IMG/VR virus record: IMGVR_UViG_3300043803_002519
DNA: 64,000 nt
Origin: a virus
Direction: 5' to 3' (one strand)
In this document: piece by piece, positions 60,539-64,000 of the stretch
How the letters are laid out: each line of letters begins with the position of its first letter
Numbering within the stretch: the first letter of the stretch is position 1
Notes under the pieces: generated by a model
What the model was told of the DNA's origin: nothing
What the model saw: only the letters and a program-made list of their open reading frames with translations
The model's database searches: none
Made by a program: the position numbers and the translations under genes

Positions 60539-60957
60539 TAGGTCGCCTTGGCGGGGGTGGTGTGGGGGGTGGCGGGGGTGGTCGCGGGGAACAGCGGCAC
60601 CTGTGCGCCGGGGCCCTCGGTCGGGGGGTCGACGAGGGGGTCGGGGGCCTGGGCCGCTGCGGGCGGCGACAGGCGCTCGAAGGCGTGCTGCAAGGCGACG
60701 CCGGGGCAGAGTGCAGAGTGGCTGATGATGCTGCCGTTCTGGTCGACGACCACCCACTTGCCGCCGAAGTGCTCGACGTTCGCGGCGTCGTCGTTGGTGG
60801 CGATGCGGAAGAGGTCGAGCAGGTGGCCGACCGTGCCCGGGTCGTTGAGGTCCGGCTCGGTGTTGGGATCAGCCGGACGGCGGTTGTCCTGGAGGTGCAG
60901 GCCGCCGCCGGCGTACCGCATGCCCGCGCGCCAGCGGAAGTGAGGGTTCTGAGTCAT
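60538..60957 (-). CDS. Hypothetical protein (139 aa)
   Basis: ATG at 60957 inside ORF 60538..61026. Promoter-like TTGACC-16-TACACT upstream. Confidence 0.5.
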   Translation of the reverse strand: MTQNPHFRWRAGMRYAGGGLHLQDNRRPADPNTEPDLNDPGTVGHLLDLFRIATNDDAANVEHFGGKWVVVDQNGSIISHSALCPGVALQHAFERLSPPAAAQAPDPLVDPPTEGPGAQVPLFPATTPATPHTTPAKAT

Positions 60958-61065
60958 CGTTCTGCTCCTCGTCTCGGTTCGGGGTGGTGCTCGTAGTGTA
61001 TAGCGCTGACGGAAGGGGTCAAGCACTTTGATGCAGACAGTGCAACTAAATAAGCAGGGGGCCTA

Positions 61066-63657
61066 TTAGTGAGCGGGGGCGTCTGGGGCTGGGCGCGCGG
61101 TGGCTTGGGCGACGTGCACGCCGAGGGTCTGCGGCACCTCGTAGAGGGCGGGCCAGTTCCGGGCCCCGCCGCCGGCGCGCTCCTGCTTGTGGCCCTTCGA
61201 CACCATGCGCTGCGTGAGGCGGCGCTGGGAGGGGACGAAGCGCTCGCCGTTGCGCTCGCACCACGACTTGAACAGGGTGTAGAGGCGCTCGTTGGTGATG
61301 GGCTTCGACGCCGAGGTGGGCGGGGTGTCGGTGATGCGGTCGTCGAGGAACTGCGCCACCACGTCGCCGGCGAGGCGGACCTCGGCGGCCGCGTCCTGCA
61401 TCGCCTGCGGGATGGCGAGCCCTTGGCGGCGGTAGGCGTCGAAGCCGTCGACCAGCCAGCGGATGATGCCAGGCCCCTCGGCCCGCAGGGTGTCGCGCAG
61501 GGACAGGTCAGGGTTGTCGCGGAAGCTGCGGTTGAAGGGGATGAGGACGAAGCGACGCCGCATCGCCGGGTCGGAGACGTCAATCTCGTAGCCGGGGTTG
61601 GCCGAGAAGAAGAGCGTGAACTGCCCCTTGTACTCGAAGAAGTTCTCCCTCATCAGCCGCGCGCGGATGGGGTCCTCACCCGTGCAGGTCTTCAGGATGG
61701 CGGAGTCCATGCGGCGGTTCTGCGGGAGCTCCTCGGGGAAGACGAAGCGACGCCCCGCCCACGAGGCCAGGTCGACCGGGACCGCCGGGTCGCCGTGGCG
61801 CTCGATGAAGGTCTCCGCCTTCGCCGAGGTCGTGTACTCCGGGCCGAGGGCGTCGGAGATGGCGCGCTGCAGGACACCTTTGCCGTTGCCGCCGTCGCCC
61901 TGCATGAAGAACATCTTCTGCTCGCGGCAGTACCCCGACATGGCGTAGCCCAGGGCGCGCTGGAGGAAGGCCGCGTGCTCGGCGTTGCCGTCCATCACCT
62001 CGAGGATGAAGCGCTCGAAGCGAGGGCACCGGGCCTTGGGGTCGTAGGGCGGCATTGACGGCGGCGTCGCCCGGGTGAGGTAGTCCTCGCGCCGCGGCGC
62101 GCGGGGGACGATGGGGACGGCGGGGTCGAGGGGCAGGTGGAGGGTCTGGCCACCCGTGTTGATGACGCCGGGCAGCTGGTCGAAGACCTCGGCCGAGCCG
62201 CCTACCTCGGGGAAGCCGCCCATGCGCGCTACGTCCACCATCTCCCGGAGGCCCGAGGCGCTGGCCGCGTGGCGGTAGTTGGCCATGCGCTGCTTCAGGG
62301 GGGTCAGCGACATGGCGTTGGACACCTCGACACGGTGCACGTCGGCTACGCGGTGGGCCAGGTGGAAGACGTCGTTGGCCACGGTGGGGGACAGGTGCCA
62401 GTGTCCGCGGGTGGGGGACCACGTCGCCCACTCCTTCCTCTCCAGTGCCCAGCGGTAGTTGCCCTGCATCAAGGCGACGAGGGACCGGGCGTTCTCGATG
62501 CCCGTGCCGTCGGACTGCGGCGCGGCGGGGGGCGGGGGGTCTTCGTCCTGGACGAGGGACCGGGCGTTCTCGATGCCCGTGCCGTCGGACTGCGGCGCGG
62601 CGGGGGGCGGGGGGTCTTCGTCCTGGACGAGGGGCGGGGGCGCGTCGGCGGTGCGGGCGAGGGCCCGGGCTACCGCGGCGTGGGGGGCGGCGGGCTCGCT
62701 GGGGCCGGTCGGGGTGCTCGAGGAGGCCTCGTCCCACCAGGTGATGTCGCACTTCGAACAGTGCAGGTATCGCTGGTGCACGGTCTCGAAGCGGCCGTTG
62801 GCGCCGAGACGGCGGACGGGCTTGGCGGAGACGAAGGCCGATGGGTGCTGGTCAGGGTGCTCGGGGTTGATGCACCGGGTTTTTTGCTTGGCGCCGGGCT
62901 CGGGGTGCAGGTCGACGAGCTCGGGATAGTCGACGAAGCGGACGTCCACGGTGCGGGCCGGGGAGGTGGCCGCGGCGACGGCCTGCTGGGTGGCAGGGTC
63001 GGCGCGGAGCCGAGCCTCGGCCCACTGGGACATGGCGTCGAGGGTGTGGGTCGGCCCGTTGAAGTAGGCGATGGTCTGGTGTCGGCCCTCGTGGAGGCCG
63101 CCGGGAAGGCGCATGCGGCGGGAGGGGTCGGTCAGGCGACGGTCGGCGTCGGGGCCGAGGGCGACGGCGAGGGCCGTCTGGGTGGCGCGCCACCGGGTGA
63201 GGTCGTGGGCGTTGCGGGGGTCGACGGGGGGGTCAACCTGCCAATAGGCGTGCACCGACTTCCCCGGGGCGGCGTGGCGAGGGTCACCCGACAGGACCAG
63301 CATGGTGGGGTGAGGGATGCGGCCTCGGTCGACGAGGGTGGCGATGTGGCGGAGCTGCTCGTCGACACGGGCGGCGCACCAGAGGGGGTCTTGTTTCTGC
63401 TCGAGCGTGCCCTCGGGGTCGACCTCGGCGAAGCAGAAGGGCATGGCCACGACGTGGGCGGACGCGGCGCCCTCGCCCGTAGGACCGAAGGAGTGGTCGG
63501 CGAGGAATCGGGCCGGCGTCCAGTAGTGACCGCGGGCGCCGGGGATGTGGCCGTGCCAGTGCGACTGGTCCGGGGGCGGGGTGTAGTCGAGGTCCTCGTC
63601 CGTGAAGTCGCCGAAGTCGGGCGCTTCGTGCAGGCCGACGGGGAGAGGGAGGGGCAT
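61066..63657 (-). CDS. Bifunctional AEP primase-polymerase / P4-D5-type helicase (863 aa)
   Basis: AEP motifs FAEVD, SGDPRH..GKSVHAYW and RRMRLPG. Zinc motif C..H...C..C. Walker A GDGGNGKG and Walker B FVFPEE. ATG at 63657 with GAGG upstream. Confidence 0.8.
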   Translation of the reverse strand: MPLPLPVGLHEAPDFGDFTDEDLDYTPPPDQSHWHGHIPGARGHYWTPARFLADHSFGPTGEGAASAHVVAMPFCFAEVDPEGTLEQKQDPLWCAARVDEQLRHIATLVDRGRIPHPTMLVLSGDPRHAAPGKSVHAYWQVDPPVDPRNAHDLTRWRATQTALAVALGPDADRRLTDPSRRMRLPGGLHEGRHQTIAYFNGPTHTLDAMSQWAEARLRADPATQQAVAAATSPARTVDVRFVDYPELVDLHPEPGAKQKTRCINPEHPDQHPSAFVSAKPVRRLGANGRFETVHQRYLHCSKCDITWWDEASSSTPTGPSEPAAPHAAVARALARTADAPPPLVQDEDPPPPAAPQSDGTGIENARSLVQDEDPPPPAAPQSDGTGIENARSLVALMQGNYRWALERKEWATWSPTRGHWHLSPTVANDVFHLAHRVADVHRVEVSNAMSLTPLKQRMANYRHAASASGLREMVDVARMGGFPEVGGSAEVFDQLPGVINTGGQTLHLPLDPAVPIVPRAPRREDYLTRATPPSMPPYDPKARCPRFERFILEVMDGNAEHAAFLQRALGYAMSGYCREQKMFFMQGDGGNGKGVLQRAISDALGPEYTTSAKAETFIERHGDPAVPVDLASWAGRRFVFPEELPQNRRMDSAILKTCTGEDPIRARLMRENFFEYKGQFTLFFSANPGYEIDVSDPAMRRRFVLIPFNRSFRDNPDLSLRDTLRAEGPGIIRWLVDGFDAYRRQGLAIPQAMQDAAAEVRLAGDVVAQFLDDRITDTPPTSASKPITNERLYTLFKSWCERNGERFVPSQRRLTQRMVSKGHKQERAGGGARNWPALYEVPQTLGVHVAQATARPAPDAPAH
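62476..62625. repeat. Perfect 75-bp tandem duplication inside the primase gene (in frame, 25 aa x2)
   Basis: 62476-62550 equals 62551-62625, with an 8-bp third start. Encodes LVQDEDPPPPAAPQSDGTGIENARS twice. Confidence 0.95.
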
Positions 63658-63877
63658 GGGGACCTCGAGCGGCGGGGACAGGGCGCCGGGCCCCCCACCA
63701 CCTGCAATGGCGGAGGGCCGGCGGGGGCCACCGTTGGCCCCTGAACCTGTAGTGAGCAGGGTGTGCGCGGGGGTTGCAGGCCCCGAGGAGAGGAACCTAC
63801 CACACATTCGCGTGGCGTGGGAGTGGCGTGGGGGTGAGGGTGGAGAAATAAGTGCCCCCACCCAGGCCCCCGACCCG

Positions 63878-63963
63878 TCGCCTATTTAGCGGGTGTGCCC
63901 AGCCTCGGATAGGAGGGCTCGCATTTAGGCGAGGGCGACGGGGCCGGGCGCCTAAATAGGCGC
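63878..63963. promoter_or_regulatory. Three AT-core boxes related to CGCCTA-WW-TAGGCG, including a perfect 16-bp palindrome GCGCCTAAATAGGCGC (63948-63963)
   Basis: Read directly: CGCCTATTTAGCG (63879-63891), GCATTTAGGCG (63921-63931) and the palindrome. They lie upstream of the primase operon. Confidence 0.5.
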
Positions 63964-64000
63964 TGCGTAAGCCTCGGGGGTGGCATCGGAGAGGGTGTCG

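Overview
This GC-rich window reads as a nearly complete tailed-phage genome or prophage. It looks podovirus-like: I recognise no sheath, tape measure or integrase, and I see no tRNA or rRNA. Layout, left to right: (1) an 18-bp tandem repeat array cut by the left edge (1-140). (2) A chain of about 15 tiny + strand ORFs joined by ATGA/GTGA/TGATG overlaps, encoding membrane miniproteins, zinc-ribbon miniproteins and an HTH protein (231-4675). (3) A packaging and head module with terminase, portal, scaffold and capsid (4813-15543). (4) Tail and internal-virion genes (15652-26273). (5) One giant 4904-aa ORF (26286-41000). (6) Tail fibres and a lysis cassette (41076-46600). (7) A four-gene minus-strand accessory island that includes an extreme Gly/Tyr/Ser/Asp repeat protein (46632-47938). 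(8) A divergent regulatory region followed by an HTH regulator and two standalone DNA methyltransferases (48083-50655). (9) A minus-strand replication arm (50674-63657) with a RuvC-like resolvase, a family-A DNA polymerase, an SNF2-type helicase split by a LAGLIDADG intein, a Cas4-like nuclease fusion and an AEP primase/P4-type helicase, driven from an operator-like region at the right edge. The most striking object is the giant ORF. It is a virion-module 'polyvalent' multi-enzyme protein carrying two HExxH zincin motifs, a RadC/JAB-like HNHPSG motif, a GHKL ATPase, a complete C5-cytosine methyltransferase and ART-like modules. Its modules are separated seven times by a near-identical (DPR)xLYSRA(A)P linker. 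All functional calls come from motifs read by eye and from gene order; no database search was possible.
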